Source of the DNA: an uncultured Aquificales bacterium
Lineage (GTDB): Bacteria; Thermosulfidibacterota; Thermosulfidibacteria; Thermosulfidibacterales; Thermosulfidibacteraceae
DNA length: 10,984 bases
Assembly (NCBI GenBank): GCA_964453345.1
Contig: CAYVOC010000044.1
Span: 1-10,984, forward strand
Direction of reading: 5' to 3'
Shown: positions 10,500-10,984 of the stretch, piece after piece
Layout of the letters: the number at the start of each line of letters is the position of its first letter
Position numbering within the stretch: the stretch's first letter is position 1
Program-made: the position numbers and the translations under genes
Notes under the pieces: model-generated
What the model was told of the DNA's origin: nothing
What the model saw: only the letters and a program-made list of their open reading frames with translations
Databases searched by the model: none

Positions 10500-10527
10500 A
10501 AGAGGAAATTTTTTGAAATTTCCTCTT
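10500..10527. repeat. 12-bp-arm perfect inverted repeat overlapping the UP region and -35 of P2
   Basis: AAGAGGAAATTT-TTTG-AAATTTCCTCTT. Confidence 0.8.
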
Positions 10528-10554
10528 GACAAGTTGGGGGTTGGTGCTTATAAA
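10526..10554 (+). promoter_or_regulatory. rRNA operon promoter P2
   Basis: TTGACA (10526-10531), 17-bp spacer, TATAAA (10549-10554), with A/T tracts upstream. Confidence 0.8.
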
Positions 10555-10627
10555 TGAAAATTGCCTTCCAACGAGCAGGAAACTAAAACGGGGATAAGGA
10601 GAGGAAGCTGAGTCAGGGTTAAAAGTT

Positions 10628-10984
10628 TGCACGGAGGGTTTGATCCTGGCTCAGCGCGAACGCTGGCGGCGCGCCTAACACATGCAAGTCGTGGGGCAGC
10701 AGGCCGGTTCCTTCGGGAACCGGTGCTGGCGACCGGCGGACGGGTGAGTAACGCGTGAGTAACCTACCCCCAGGACCGGGATAACCCTCCGAAAGGGGGG
10801 CTAATACCGGATAAGCTCACGGCACGCATGTGCTGTGAGAAAAGGGGGCCTCTGCTTAGCATGCTCCCGCCTGGGGATGGGCTCGCGTCCCATCAGCTAG
10901 TTGGTGGGGTAACGGCCCACCAAGGCTATGACGGGTAGCCGGCCTGAGAGGGTGGTCGGCCACACGGGCACTGAGACACGGGCC
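10628..10984 (+). rRNA. rrs: 16S rRNA, 5' part (truncated by the window end)
   Basis: Conserved segments GGGTTTGATCCTGGCTCAG, AACGCTGGCGGC, CTAACACATGCAAGTC, GGGTGAGTAAC, GCTAATACCG, GGCCTGAGAGGG and ACTGAGACACGG. The 5' end is placed by analogy with E. coli numbering. Confidence 0.99.

Larger units (their letters stand above)
10458..10599 (+). repeat. Imperfect direct repeat in the rrn leader, one copy after each promoter (possible boxA-type element)
   Basis: AGCAGGAAACTGAAAAGGGCAATAGG (10458-10483) versus AGCAGGAAACTAAAACGGGGATAAGG (10574-10599); the first 11 nt are identical. Confidence 0.65.

Noticed and set aside
10617..10625. GGTTAAAAG matching one half of the 7696-7713 palindrome
   Set aside because: A single 9-nt half-site inside the transcribed rRNA leader with no second arm; most likely chance.
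10284..10632. Minus-strand ORFs 10284..10532 and 10432..10632; also a possible tRNA or CRISPR array in the pgi-16S gap
   Set aside because: The ORFs overlap rrn promoters and have no coding signal. No cloverleaf or T-loop motif is present, and there are only two imperfect repeat copies with no cas genes.

Overview
Gene-dense window from a probably thermophilic bacterium. The partial 16S is about 65% GC by hand count and its 5' end resembles deep-branching thermophiles such as Aquificota or Thermodesulfobacteria. Left arm (minus strand, tightly coupled): DUF3568-like lipoprotein, ferritin-like/VIT1-CCC1 metal transporter, UbiE/MenG methyltransferase, UbiD-family menaquinone decarboxylase, then enolase (runs off the left edge). 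Diverging from it across 48 bp is an OmpR-family response regulator plus HAMP histidine kinase. Next come a membrane-anchored calcineurin-like metallophosphoesterase (minus) and an ArnT-like GT-C glycosyltransferase (plus), divergent around a perfect 18-bp palindrome. The window ends with pgi, two tandem rRNA promoters and the 5' end of a 16S rRNA gene. The best candidate for an undescribed system is the two-component system + phosphoesterase + ArnT-like module with its symmetric operator, possibly for envelope-lipid remodelling; that function is inferred. No mobile elements, CRISPR arrays or tRNAs were seen.
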